Positions 19,699 through 29,717 are shown, counted from the whole stretch's first letter. The stretch: 62,549 nt of DNA, filler included, from an uncultured Myxococcia bacterium (GCA_964617105.1; 23 parts of 23 records of this genome joined end to end with filler, not necessarily neighbours in it); one strand, 5' to 3'. Translations and numbers: made by a program. The notes: generated by a model from the letters alone, not told the origin.

Positions 19699-21792
19699 AT
19701 CCAGGGCGGTAAATTACCTTTTTTGACCCTGAAAACTTTTCACGCTCTGGGTGCCGGGATACTACGGCAGCATGCAGATCTGCTGGGTTATCGTTCTGAT
19801 TATACTATTTATGATGATCACGATCAGCAGGTACTTTTAAAGAAAATTATCAAAGAGAAGAATGTCCCCCTGGGTAAGTGGCCCGCCAGGAAGTTTTCCT
19901 GGTATATTGACCGGGCCAAGAATTTGGGACTGGGACCTGAAGATGAGTTTCCCGATTACAACCCTTCCTTTGAACGACAATTTAGTTTTGGACAAACTGC
20001 TTCAGAAGTCTATCAAATCTACCAGGAGAAGTTGGAAAAAGCCAATGCCATGGATTTTGGTGATCTGCTCTATTTACTTTGCCGGCTGTGGAAAGAACAC
20101 CCCCAGGTTTTGCAAAAATATCGGCAGAGATGGAGATATGTGCTGGTAGATGAATTTCAAGATACCAATATCATCCAATACCAGTTGCTCAAACTGCTTT
20201 GCCAGGGAGATGAGCACTTGATTTGCGTGGTGGGAGACGATGACCAGTCCATCTATAGCTGGCGGGGGGCAGAAGTTGAGAATATTGCACGTTATAAAGA
20301 GGATTTTCCCACTTGCCAGGAGATATTATTAGAGAGAAATTACCGCTCCACTAACCAAATATTATCTTTAGCCAATTCGGTGATCCAACAAAACAGCAAC
20401 CGGGCGGAAAAGAAACTGTGGACCGCTTTGCCAGATGGTCCTAAGGCAAAATTTTACTGTCTGAATGACGAGAGAGAAGAGGCGCAAATGGTGGTGCAAC
20501 AACTGGAAGAATTTCGGGATAATTCCGAGTATTCTCTGGGCGATTGCGCCATATTATACCGTACCAATGCCCAATCCCGGGTGTTTGAAGAGATTTTGAC
20601 CCGGAATGGTATCCCCTATTCTTTGGTGGGTGGCTTCAAATTTTACGAGCGTAAAGAGATAAAAGATTTGCTGGCCTATTTACGTTTACTGATTAACCCT
20701 GATAGTGACCTGGATTTTACTCGGGTGGTAAATACACCAGCCCGGGGAATAGGCAAGGTTACCCTGCAAAAACTTCAGAAGATATCCCTTCAAAAAGGTT
20801 TGAGCCTTTACAAAACCGTAAAGTTTTTGGAGCAGAATAAAGACGAGATCAAACCGGCGCCTTTGAAAAAACTGTTGGCCTTTTGTCAAATTTTTGACCA
20901 GGTTAGGGAGGAAAATCGCTTGATGGATCCGGCCCGGGCGGTGGAATTGATTCTGCTTCATTCAGGATACAAGGAAGCCCTGGTCAATGAGGATTCCATC
21001 GAGGCGGAATCAAGGATTGAGAACCTGGATGAATTTTTCAATATGGCTATGGTTTTTAGAGAAAAAGAGAAAGAGGAATTGGGTATTTTTCTCCAAGAGT
21101 TATCTTTGCTTACCGATTTGGATGATTTCCAGGAAAGCGATGAGCGGATAACCTTAATGACCGTCCATGCAGCCAAAGGGTTGGAATTTCCAGTAACCTT
21201 TTTAACCGGACTGGAGGATGACCTCTTTCCTCATATTAGGAGTAAAGAAAACGACCAGGAGATCCAGGAGGAGAGACGGCTTTTATACGTGGCTATTACC
21301 AGGACCCGCCGCCATCTGAATCTGAGTTATTGCCGTATGCGCCGGGTTCAGGGCATGCCGCTGGTTCGCCGGATGTCCCCTTTTTTCAACCGAATTCCAG
21401 AAGATCTTTTTCAATGTTACTGCATGGTTGGCGGCCAGATTTTTGAGCGCACCCGGGCTGAATTGTTAGCCACTCCCATCAGGGAGCCTGGTTCTTATAA
21501 CAAATTTTCCGGCCAGCGCTATAAGGGGGGGAGCAATTATAGTAGTACCAATTATAATGTAAGTAAAACCAGTAACTCCAGTCCTGTTTCCCCCAGGAGA
21601 GCTGCTGGGAATAGCGCATCAGGCGTTGAGGGTGACCAGGATTTAACAAAGGGAGGATTGGTGACCCATAAAAAATTCGGCAGAGGAGTGGTGAAATCTA
21701 CTGAAGGAAGAGGTGAGGAGTGCAAGGCCACGGTGATTTTTGAAAGTGGGGCCACCAAAAAAATATTAGCCAGATTTTTAAGTGCTTGTTGA
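19699..21792 (+). CDS. pcrA: UvrD/PcrA superfamily-1 DNA helicase (5' partial)
   Basis: TFHA, VDEFQDTN, VVGDDDQSIYSWRGA, NYRST, YRTNAQSR, TVHAAKGLEF, EERRLLYVAITR and a C-terminal Tudor-like HKKFGRG. Confidence 0.95.
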   Translation: MQGGKLPFLTLKTFHALGAGILRQHADLLGYRSDYTIYDDHDQQVLLKKIIKEKNVPLGKWPARKFSWYIDRAKNLGLGPEDEFPDYNPSFERQFSFGQTASEVYQIYQEKLEKANAMDFGDLLYLLCRLWKEHPQVLQKYRQRWRYVLVDEFQDTNIIQYQLLKLLCQGDEHLICVVGDDDQSIYSWRGAEVENIARYKEDFPTCQEILLERNYRSTNQILSLANSVIQQNSNRAEKKLWTALPDGPKAKFYCLNDEREEAQMVVQQLEEFRDNSEYSLGDCAILYRTNAQSRVFEEILTRNGIPYSLVGGFKFYERKEIKDLLAYLRLLINPDSDLDFTRVVNTPARGIGKVTLQKLQKISLQKGLSLYKTVKFLEQNKDEIKPAPLKKLLAFCQIFDQVREENRLMDPARAVELILLHSGYKEALVNEDSIEAESRIENLDEFFNMAMVFREKEKEELGIFLQELSLLTDLDDFQESDERITLMTVHAAKGLEFPVTFLTGLEDDLFPHIRSKENDQEIQEERRLLYVAITRTRRHLNLSYCRMRRVQGMPLVRRMSPFFNRIPEDLFQCYCMVGGQIFERTRAELLATPIREPGSYNKFSGQRYKGGSNYSSTNYNVSKTSNSSPVSPRRAAGNSASGVEGDQDLTKGGLVTHKKFGRGVVKSTEGRGEECKATVIFESGATKKILARFLSAC

Positions 21793-21891
21793 GAGTACTG
21801 GCGCTGAAGGTATTAAAAAGAAATTTTAGTCAACCCGGCATTAAAATCCCGGGAATTCTTTTCATTATTAAATTATTTTTTAAAGGAGTAA

Positions 21892-22347
21892 ATGGTTTTG
21901 AAAAAAATAAAAATTACTATGCAGGTACTTGTGTTTTGTTTGCCCCTACTATTTTTATTGCTGTTTGCCTGTGGCACTTCCAGGGATTCGGTGCCGGCTG
22001 CTGGAGGTAAGCAGGAGGCGGAAAACACTGATCCTCTGTGCAACGACAGCATTGATAATGATCTCGATGGCAAAGCGGATTGCGATGATGATGATTGCAA
22101 CGCTAATGTCGAGGTAACAGTATGCGGCACCGGAAACCGGCCAACTGAGGATAACGATACCACCTGCGCCGATAGCCTGGATAATGATGGTGACGGATAC
22201 ACTGACTGTGACGACTATGGTTGCAGTAAGAATGCCGCGGTTTCGGTTTGCGGCAGCAGCAGTGGGGGCGGTTCGGGCGCTATGGGTAAAGAGGATTCAG
22301 ATACTGCCTGTGGAGACAATACTGACAATGATGGTGACGGATACACT
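21892..22347 (+). CDS. Lipoprotein with Cys/Asp-rich CxDxxDNDGDGxxDCDDxxC repeats (3' partial)
   Basis: Lipobox LFAC; three repeat units. Confidence 0.85.
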
Positions 22348-22448
22348 NNNNNNNNNNNNNNNNNNNNNNNNNNNNNNNNNNNNNNNNNNNNTTAATTAAT
22401 TAANNNNNNNNNNNNNNNNNNNNNNNNNNNNNNNNNNNNNNNNNNNNA

Positions 22449-22889
22449 GAGTATTTTCATCTGCTCAAATCGAAACCCAGCCAGGAGGAGTTGATCTATC
22501 AGGTGAGCAAGTGCCATGCCGGATGGGTCACAGACAGTTCCCACTATTGGGTAAGAATGATCAATGATATCAGTTCTCCCTTTATCAAGGATCTGATGTT
22601 ACTGTTCAGACTATACACCGCATCATCCAGTATTATGCTTTTAGGGTCTGCCGGATTACCCATTTTTATGAACCGCACCTCATATTTGGGGATGTTAAGC
22701 AAATACCCGCCTGAGTTTTTTGTCCCCATAGAACTATCGGAAATTCAGGGAATTAAAAACATCATCCAGGATACCAACTGGTCTGATATCTATAAGATTA
22801 CCGAAAAACACCGGGATATGTTTACCGTTGATGCCAATATTAATCACTTAACTGAGTTTATTGAAAGTTTTAACTTTCAACAGGGGTAA
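22449..22889 (+). CDS. Probable glycosyltransferase, C-terminal fragment
   Basis: Open from the contig edge; AGLPIF motif; directly upstream of GT2 and rfbF. Confidence 0.45.
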   Translation, partial: EYFHLLKSKPSQEELIYQVSKCHAGWVTDSSHYWVRMINDISSPFIKDLMLLFRLYTASSSIMLLGSAGLPIFMNRTSYLGMLSKYPPEFFVPIELSEIQGIKNIIQDTNWSDIYKITEKHRDMFTVDANINHLTEFIESFNFQQG

Positions 22890-22895
22890 ATCTCA

Positions 22896-24185
22896 ATGAA
22901 TTCCAACTCTAACAGACCAGTGGCCATCAATGTGGTGATACCAACCCATCAGGGTAGGGAAAGATATGTTGAACGGATACTGCAGTGTTTGGCGCAGCAG
23001 TCTTTTAAGGATTTTAATGTTATCATCTTTGATAACGATTCTGATAAGCAGGCGCCGCCAGAGTATCTAAATAACTACTCAGATATGGAGATTATCTACA
23101 ATATCAACGAAAAAAATATTGGGCCGTTGAAAAATATCACCAGGGCTTTGACCCATTGCCGGGCCAGGTATATAAAGATGATGATGTCCGATGATCTGAT
23201 TGCTCCTGATTTTCTGGAAAAAACCTATAGAGTCCTGGAAAATAACCCCGGCGCTGGTTTGGTTTTTACCCGCCGGATCCTGGTTGATGACAATGAAGAA
23301 TTTTTGGCTGAACCGGGTTATCATGACTATGCCGATTATCCATCGGGAATTATTTCTGGCAATAAACTGATTAACTACTGTATAGATATTTTTGAATGGT
23401 TTCCCGGTGAACCCAGCAATATNNNNNNNNNNAATCCCTTTAAATCTTTCTTGGCTCCTGAAAGATACAGTTACCAAGGCTCTTTTGATTTGATACTATT
23501 TTTAAAAATATTATCCCAAAGTGACGCATATTTTTTAAATCAACCCCTATCCATGATCCGGCAGCACCCGGAACGGGCCTCAACTACCATTGGAACTCTC
23601 TGTTATCTTGACTATTTTCACTTTGCCAATGATGCCAGGTTTTTAAAAATTATCGATGATAAGATCTTTTTTAAAACCCTTTCTAACATTATGAAATTTG
23701 TCTCCTTTAAACTTCCCGATTGCGCTCTTGGTTCCACAACCGAGCTATTCAACCTGGCTTATATAAACACTATCATTGATTTGGTGGAGAAAGAGGTCCT
23801 ACAACTGGAGAAACAAGATATTAGCAGAAATCTGGTGGAGATGTTTTTTAACTCTTTAAAAATGCAGATCTTTCATAATATTGTGGCCTGGCTGCAGAAA
23901 AACCGGTCACAAGTATATGGGTATGGTACAGGAAGTTTTGCCCGGCAACTATTTGTAAAACAGCACCAGGTTACTCCCCTGATTAACGCTTTTCTGGATA
24001 GCAATCATGATCGTTCTGGCGAACTGTTTTTAGATAAACCTATTTTGCATATCGATGATATCTCCCCAAATAATAAGGGATATATTTTGATTTTATCCAG
24101 TTTTTATCAAGAGATAAAAGCCACACTGGTTAAGAGGGGTTTTAAGGAGATTGAGGATTTTTGTCATATCCCCTACGTTCAATAA
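22896..24185 (+). CDS. Family 2 glycosyltransferase with C-terminal Rossmann-like extension
   Basis: VVIPTHQ, IFDNDS, MSDDL, PGEPS and YGYGTG; short internal N gap. Confidence 0.85.
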   Translation: MNSNSNRPVAINVVIPTHQGRERYVERILQCLAQQSFKDFNVIIFDNDSDKQAPPEYLNNYSDMEIIYNINEKNIGPLKNITRALTHCRARYIKMMMSDDLIAPDFLEKTYRVLENNPGAGLVFTRRILVDDNEEFLAEPGYHDYADYPSGIISGNKLINYCIDIFEWFPGEPSNXXXXNPFKSFLAPERYSYQGSFDLILFLKILSQSDAYFLNQPLSMIRQHPERASTTIGTLCYLDYFHFANDARFLKIIDDKIFFKTLSNIMKFVSFKLPDCALGSTTELFNLAYINTIIDLVEKEVLQLEKQDISRNLVEMFFNSLKMQIFHNIVAWLQKNRSQVYGYGTGSFARQLFVKQHQVTPLINAFLDSNHDRSGELFLDKPILHIDDISPNNKGYILILSSFYQEIKATLVKRGFKEIEDFCHIPYVQ

Positions 24186-24190
24186 GGATT

Positions 24191-24973
24191 ATGAAGATGA
24201 AAGTTGTATTAATGGCAGGCGGGTTCGGCACCAGATTATCAGAGGAGACCGGTTTAAAACCTAAACCCATGGTGGAGATCGGCGGAAAACCCATCCTCTG
24301 GCATATAATGAAGATCTATTCCCATTATGGTTATAACGATTTTATAATCTGCTTGGGATATATGGGCTATTATATCAAGGAATATTTTGCCAACTATTTT
24401 CTTCATCAGACCGATGTAACCATTGATCTCAGCAAAAATCAGATGGAATACCACAGTTCAAAAGCCGAACCCTGGAGAATCACCCTGGTTGATACCGGTT
24501 TGCAAACTCAAATAGGGGGGCGGATAAAGAGGATCCAGAAATATGTTGGTCAGGAAACTTTTATGCTCACTTATGGCGATGGTGTAGGTGATATTAATAT
24601 TCCGGCGCTGGTAGAGTTTCACAAAAGCAAAGGGAAATATGCCTGTCATACCGTGGTTCAGCCTCCTGGCCGTTTTGGAGCCACCAAAATTGATCAGATG
24701 GGAAATGTGATCTCATTTCAGGAAAAGCCCAACGGTGGTAATGCCTGGATTAACGGCGGATATTTTGTGCTGGAACCGCAGGTATTTGATTATATTGAGG
24801 GTGATCAAACCATTTGGGAACGGGAGCCTATGGAGAATTTGGCCCAGGAGGGTCAACTGGTTGCTTATAAACATCTGGGTTTCTGGAAACCCATGGACAC
24901 TCTCCGGGACAAACGGGAGTTAGAAAACCTGTGGAATTCCAACCAGCCTCTGTGGAAGGTGTGGAATGAGTAA
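24191..24973 (+). CDS. rfbF: Glucose-1-phosphate cytidylyltransferase
   Basis: MAGGFGTRLSEET..KPKPMVEIGGKPILWHIMK, TYGDG and FWKPMDTLRDK. Confidence 0.95.
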   Translation: MKMKVVLMAGGFGTRLSEETGLKPKPMVEIGGKPILWHIMKIYSHYGYNDFIICLGYMGYYIKEYFANYFLHQTDVTIDLSKNQMEYHSSKAEPWRITLVDTGLQTQIGGRIKRIQKYVGQETFMLTYGDGVGDINIPALVEFHKSKGKYACHTVVQPPGRFGATKIDQMGNVISFQEKPNGGNAWINGGYFVLEPQVFDYIEGDQTIWEREPMENLAQEGQLVAYKHLGFWKPMDTLRDKRELENLWNSNQPLWKVWNE

Positions 24974-25084
24974 ACAAGTCTTAATCACCGGAGCCACTGG
25001 TTTTTTGGGCAGTCATCTGCTGTCGCTTCTTTGCCGGCATAATTATCAGGTGACGGTTATAAAGAGGAGTTGGTCCGATACCTG
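24966..25084 (+). CDS. NAD-dependent epimerase/dehydratase, N-terminal fragment
   Basis: MSKQVLITGATGFLGSHL. Confidence 0.85.
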
Positions 25085-25184
25085 NNNNNNNNNNNNNNNN
25101 NNNNNNNNNNNNNNNNNNNNNNNNNNNNTTAATTAATTAANNNNNNNNNNNNNNNNNNNNNNNNNNNNNNNNNNNNNNNNNNNN

Positions 25185-25201
25185 TTTCGCTTTCTAAACA
25201 T
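25185..25201 (-). CDS. Start of an unidentified gene (MFRKR...) downstream of the RPP leader ORF
   Basis: SD AAGGAG then AATTTTG-ATG at 25201; cut by the contig end. Confidence 0.55.
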
Positions 25202-25202
25202 C

Positions 25203-25311
25203 AAAATTCTCCTTATCTCTACGGCAGTCTAGACCTGAGAGAATGAACCCTGGGCACTTCGCATTCTGAGCGAGCCCTAAGTTATGAATGTAACAATGTG
25301 TGGAGAATTTT
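25203..25311 (-). promoter_or_regulatory. SD/anti-SD pairing region (putative translational attenuator)
   Basis: mRNA AAAAUUCUCC (25311-25302) is the exact reverse complement of GGAGAAUUUU (25212-25203), the downstream SD region. Confidence 0.65.
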
Positions 25312-25642
25312 AAAACTCAGGAGGTCGGTAAATTTTAGAGAGAAATCCCTGAAGAAGGACTTTTTTTAAGGCATTGAAAGGTTGTAATGATTTAAGAAAG
25401 GGATTGCTGGTTAAGGTAACCATACTATTATACAAAAGGCTCCCATGTCCTGGACAACAGAGGCAAGGACAACTTTGATCACAGGGCTCCTGGTCGTTGG
25501 AATCGGAACAAGGAGAACCATCCTGGTGTTGTTCTGCCTGCGAAGAATTATGTTCAGCATGTTCGGTAGCAGCATACAGAACCTGTTGCAATACCAAAAA
25601 GGTAAACATGCACAGTATCAATATGCTAAGAAATTTTTTCAC
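25310..25642 (-). CDS. His/Cys-rich leader protein ending in RPP (DUF2946/CruR/CzcI-like architecture)
   Basis: Signal-like N-terminus, EHAEH..QH, CDQSCPCLCCPGH and C-terminal IYRPPEF*. Confidence 0.75.
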   Translation of the reverse strand: MKKFLSILILCMFTFLVLQQVLYAATEHAEHNSSQAEQHQDGSPCSDSNDQEPCDQSCPCLCCPGHGSLLYNSMVTLTSNPFLKSLQPFNALKKVLLQGFLSKIYRPPEF

Positions 25643-25683
25643 CTATGAAACCACCTTGGAATGATGAGATAAACTAGTACAAA

Positions 25684-25712
25684 ATTATATCACCCTCTGT
25701 GGATTTTGTCAA
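25684..25712 (-). promoter_or_regulatory. Consensus sigma70 promoter for the leader ORF
   Basis: TTGACA (25712-25707), 17-nt spacer, TATAAT (25689-25684) on the minus strand. Confidence 0.85.
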
Positions 25713-25725
25713 ATTGATTGGCTCG

Positions 25726-26568
25726 TTACCAAAAGGGCTTCCTGTTTGTTTTTTTCTGATAAATTCTGGTATTATTTTCTATCTCTACATAATCTTCATA
25801 TATATCTGAAAACTGAAGGCTCTCTTTGTTTCCAAGGCCCAGGAAACCGCCATAAGTCAGGCTCTGGTGAAACAAATTTAAAACCCGGTTTTGTAATGTT
25901 TTATCAAAATAGATCAGCACATTGCGGCACAGTATTAAGTTTGCCTCGCAAAAAATTTTATCCACCACCAGATTGTGATTGGCAAAATAAATTTTGTCCT
26001 TCAAATTCTGGTTTATAATTATTGATTCATATTTAGGTTTATAATAATCGGATAAAGTGGCTTTACCTCCGGCGTTCTGATAATTATCAGCAAATATTTT
26101 CAAATTATGTATAGGAAAAACACCAGATTTTGCTTGCTCCAGGGCAAGATCATTAAAATCAGTGGCAATAATCCTGGTTCTATCTAAAAAATTTTCTTCA
26201 TGTAAGACAATCGCCAGGGAATAAGCTTCTTCTCCAGTGGCACAGCCTGCGTGCCAAATTTTAATAAAAGGATAGGTTTTTAAAAAGGGGATCACTTCTT
26301 CTCGTAAGGTAAGATAAAATTTTGGATCCCGGAACATCTCTGTAACGGTAATGGAGAAATTATTAACCATTGATTGAAAGAAAGAGTTATCGAAAAGTAA
26401 TTTTTCGGTCATGGCAGTAATACTTTTTAAACCGGATATACTCAAGAAGTGCTTAATCCGCCGGTTTATAGAAGATCTGGAATAGTGCCGAAAATCGTAA
26501 CCATATCTTTTATAAATCGCCTCTAACAGCAGATCAATCTCTATCTCTTCAATTTCAATCTTATTCAT
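25726..26568 (-). CDS. cheR: CheR-type protein-glutamate methyltransferase
   Basis: YGYDFRHY, ITVTEMFRDP, IWHAGCATGEEAYS and ILCRNVLIYF; start re-set to MNKIEIE. Confidence 0.92.
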   Translation of the reverse strand: MNKIEIEEIEIDLLLEAIYKRYGYDFRHYSRSSINRRIKHFLSISGLKSITAMTEKLLFDNSFFQSMVNNFSITVTEMFRDPKFYLTLREEVIPFLKTYPFIKIWHAGCATGEEAYSLAIVLHEENFLDRTRIIATDFNDLALEQAKSGVFPIHNLKIFADNYQNAGGKATLSDYYKPKYESIIINQNLKDKIYFANHNLVVDKIFCEANLILCRNVLIYFDKTLQNRVLNLFHQSLTYGGFLGLGNKESLQFSDIYEDYVEIENNTRIYQKKTNRKPFW

Positions 26569-26847
26569 ACTCAACCATTTAAGAACCAAAAAAGAACCCT
26601 GAGTTTCAATCCCGGGTTGATAACAAAAACCAGGCTGCAAAGAGTTATATACCCAAATATTATCATAAAACAGATCGGGACACAAAAGATAATGGGAACT
26701 TGTCCCAGGATTGAGCGTTATGAAATAACCCATCAAAGAAAACTACTTGGTTTTTAAAATCGTATATGGCAACATAATAATTTTATACTCTGGCAACTAA
26801 TTTAGGATTTACGCGAATTTTTAAGTGCGCTTTTAGGAGAAACGAAA

Positions 26848-27811
26848 ATGAGAGAGTTGATTGAGCCGGATAAAGCCTTGGATTTGGTAATGGAGCATTT
26901 GGAGTTCAAGACCCCAAAAATTGAACCAATTGAAAATACATTGGGTTTGGCTTTGGCCCAGGATATTGTTTCTGAACATGATTATCCCCCCTTTACCAGG
27001 GCCATGATGGATGGATTTGCGGTTCGGCTGGCAGATGCTGGAAAGTTGACAGCCATTGGCGCTGAAATCCCCGCTGGTTCTCATGATGAAACCTCACTGA
27101 CAGATGGGATTTGCGCCGAGATTATGACTGGAGCACCCTGTCCTGATGGAACCCAGGCGGTGGTTAAGGTAGAAGACACCAAACGGGATGGAGATAAAGT
27201 GCTGTTGCCCGCTTTAATCAAACCGGGTCAAAGCTTTGCTCAAAAAGGGTGTGAATGTCAAAAGGGCTCAAAAGTGTTGTCAAAGGAGACTGAGATCTCT
27301 CCCCTGGTAATCTCGGTGCTGGCTTTTATGGGAATGACCGAAGTCAAGGTTTTTCCCTCTCCTTCCCTGGCCATAATTACCACCGGAGATGAGATTGTGG
27401 CCCAAACCGCCACCCCGGGACAGAGCCAGATTCGTGATTCCAATGGACCTATGTTGTTGGCCAAAGCCCGAAATTGGGGGATAAAGGATGCTAAACACCT
27501 TCATGCCCTGGATACTATGGAGTCCTTACTGGATACTCTTGATCTGGTAAAGGATGTTGATATTGTTGCATTTACCGGCGGTGTTTCCATGGGAAAATAC
27601 GATATTGTGCCTCATGCCCTGGATGAGTTTGGGGCCAAAACCATATTTCATGGGGTGCGGCAGAAACCGGGAAAACCTTTGTTGTTTGCCGTCAAAGAAC
27701 AGCAGGTTTTTTTCGGGCTGCCGGGCACGCCCCTGGGTAGCCATCTGGGTTTTCAGCGATTAGTAACCTCAACTATCAGAATGATGGGAAAACTGGCGGC
27801 TAAAAGGGTGA
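26848..27811 (+). CDS. moeA: Molybdopterin molybdotransferase (3' partial)
   Basis: PPFTRAMMDGFAV, IMTGAP, TTGDE, IRDSN, TGGVSMG and KPGKP. Confidence 0.93.
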
Positions 27812-28015
27812 NNNNNNNNNNNNNNNNNNNNNNNNNNNNNNNNNNNNNNNNNNNNTTAATTAATTAANNNNNNNNNNNNNNNNNNNNNNNNNNNNNNNNN
27901 NNNNNNNNNNNCAGTTCAGACCACCCTGTTCAAATGCTCACCCGGAGCACCATCCGGTTCCCAGGGTGGCTCGGTATCGTTTGTGCATAGATTCGGGGCT
28001 TCTCTCAATGCTCAC

Positions 28016-28074
28016 TGTCATTTGGGTTTGATACACTAAACATGCCCCTTTTGATCCTCTAAATTGGCCCCACC
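28016..28074 (+). mobile_element. Possible IS21-family terminal remnant
   Basis: Begins TGTCA and contains two 23-bp-spaced imperfect direct repeats, TTTGATACACTAAACATGCCCC and TTTGATCCTCTAAATTGGCCCC. Confidence 0.4.
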
Positions 28075-28110
28075 TAGGCATCCCTAGTCCCTAACCATGG
28101 GCAACTATCA

Positions 28111-28458
28111 TTACAAAGATGCAATACGTTTTAAATCGTCATTATTTAAAACATCGAGAGCCACCTGCGTCAAACTTTGCCTAATAAATTCGTTGTAAGA
28201 GCGGAAACCTTTCTTGATAGCCGCCTCTTTTAGAATTGTTTTGAGTATCGGTGGAATTCGCAGGCCTATGCGATCAGTCATGGCTTTTTCTAAGATTTGT
28301 TTTCGTAGTTCAATCGAAATTTCTGGTGTTTCGGCCTCATTCATATCGTCAAAATAATCATCCAAGTCTGCTTTATGCTTTTGATACCAACGAGATTCCT
28401 CTTCTTCTGACTTAAAAGAGGGGATTGTTTTTTTGCTTTTCATTTTTTTGACCTCCAC
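28111..28458 (-). CDS. BrnA/CopG-like antitoxin (ribbon-helix-helix C-terminus)
   Basis: IPSFKSEEEESRWY...RIGLRIP...AIKKG..YNEFIRQSL; overlaps the toxin gene. Confidence 0.8.
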   Translation of the reverse strand: MEVKKMKSKKTIPSFKSEEEESRWYQKHKADLDDYFDDMNEAETPEISIELRKQILEKAMTDRIGLRIPPILKTILKEAAIKKGFRSYNEFIRQSLTQVALDVLNNDDLKRIASL

Positions 28459-28724
28459 TTTTTAATTTCCCAATCTTCTGCATCCCAACCTGTGATTACG
28501 CGAATATTTTCTTTCGATTTTATTGTAGCCACAAGGGTTAAAAATCGCCCATCAAATGTTTTACCAGTAACCCTGTAACGTCTTTCGCCTTTTACTACAC
28601 GACTTTTCCACCAGTAACATTTACCAATAAAAACAGTCTCAGCCTCATTTTCGAATATATCGTGATTTGAAAGTTCTGACCGGTTGAAATCATCCCACTC
28701 AAAAGCAGTTACTTTGAACACCAT
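28440..28724 (-). CDS. brnT: BrnT-family ribonuclease toxin
   Basis: FEWD..N....H....EAETVF, ERRY..TGKT..GR.L and IRVIT. Confidence 0.85.
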   Translation of the reverse strand: MVFKVTAFEWDDFNRSELSNHDIFENEAETVFIGKCYWWKSRVVKGERRYRVTGKTFDGRFLTLVATIKSKENIRVITGWDAEDWEIKKWRSKK

Positions 28725-28745
28725 ATGTCACCCACTGTTATACCA

Positions 28746-28774
28746 ATGTTATAACAAAAATCGTGGTTTGTCAA
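28746..28774 (-). promoter_or_regulatory. TA operon promoter with overlapping palindromic operator
   Basis: TTGACA-17-TAACAT on the minus strand; palindrome TGTTATAACA at 28747-28756. Confidence 0.6.
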
Positions 28775-29300
28775 GGCCGCATAAAAGGCCCGCTTCCAAA
28801 GTAGTTACTACCACACCCAACAGTTAAGCATTTTTAATACACCTATAGAAATGGACCTATTCAAATCTGATTTGGCTTTAACATTGCTCCCTGGCTCCTC
28901 TTTAGTGCCGGATGCGGATGCACTCATGTTTTTTATCTTCAAGTCCTCCTATTTATCTTATAAAATCTGCCTCAACAACTCATCTCTATTAACAAAGTCT
29001 TATTAACTTGGCAGTTACTATTTTTTTAAGTCATTTTGGGCAATAGGAAAGATGGAAGAAAAGGGGGGAGTTGGTACCAAACTGGCTCAAACCCCCCCAT
29101 CCCCAACATCTGGTATGTGGGTGGATGTAGTTATTGGCCAAATATGCTTAATTGTTGAGCAAATTTAGTTTGAAATTGCTCTTTTAGTTTGCATAATGTC
29201 ACTTATCGGACCCTATTCTGTGTATCTTATTGTTTTTATCGCCTTTTTGCACATTTGAAGCCCGCGGATTATATCCGCCAATTTTTGGCCCTCAAATTCC

Positions 29301-29555
29301 TTAAGGCGCTGCCTTTAATTCCTTTTTCAATACCTCGACTGATTCCGATATCAATAGATTCCAAACTTTATTTTTATCTACTTTTTTCAATTCTGCAGCC
29401 CGGTCAACCAACTCTTTCCATTCTCCTGGCACTTTAATATTTATCGCAACCTGTTTTTTCTCAGGACCTAATTTGACACCCCGCCCCCAGCGCAACCCTC
29501 CCCTCTCCAACATCCCGCAAACCCCCAAAACAAAAAGGGCTGCGGCACATGACAT
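29301..29555 (-). CDS. Small ribbon-helix-helix-like DNA-binding protein (true start probably internal, near VKLGPEKK)
   Basis: AINIKVPGEWKELVDRAAELKKVDKNKVWNLLISES fits a beta-strand/helix/helix pattern. Confidence 0.45.
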   Translation of the reverse strand: MSCAAALFVLGVCGMLERGGLRWGRGVKLGPEKKQVAINIKVPGEWKELVDRAAELKKVDKNKVWNLLISESVEVLKKELKAAP

Positions 29556-29564
29556 GCCGCAGCC
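29532..29564 (-). terminator. Intrinsic terminator downstream of the tRNA 3' end
   Basis: Perfect 10-bp stem GGCTGCGGCA/TGCCGCAGCC followed by a U-run on the minus strand. Confidence 0.8.
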
Positions 29565-29576
29565 TCTCTCTACTCT

Positions 29577-29638
29577 TGGTGCCGAGGACGAGAATCGAAC
29601 TCGTACAAGGACTAGCCTCGAGGGATTTTAAGTCCCTT
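29577..29638 (-). mobile_element. att site: 3' part of tRNA-Leu(UAA), from anticodon arm to CCA, lacking the 5' acceptor strand and D arm
   Basis: Minus strand AGGGA-CTTAAAA-TCCCT, long variable arm, ACGAG-TTCGATT-CTCGT and CCTCGGC-A-CCA; no tRNA-like sequence beyond 29638. Confidence 0.88.
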
Positions 29639-29717
29639 CATTATTTCTTCCTATAATTTCCCTAAAAAACACAAAACCTTGACTAAGTTGATATTATTGA
29701 GTTATACTATCATTTAG

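Noticed and set aside
26569-26736. N-terminal extension of CheR in the ORF track
   Set aside because: CheR similarity begins at MNKIEIEE (26568); the extension looks like intergenic sequence.
29577-29660. Intact tRNA-Leu gene
   Set aside because: The 5' acceptor strand and D arm are absent; treated as an att duplication.
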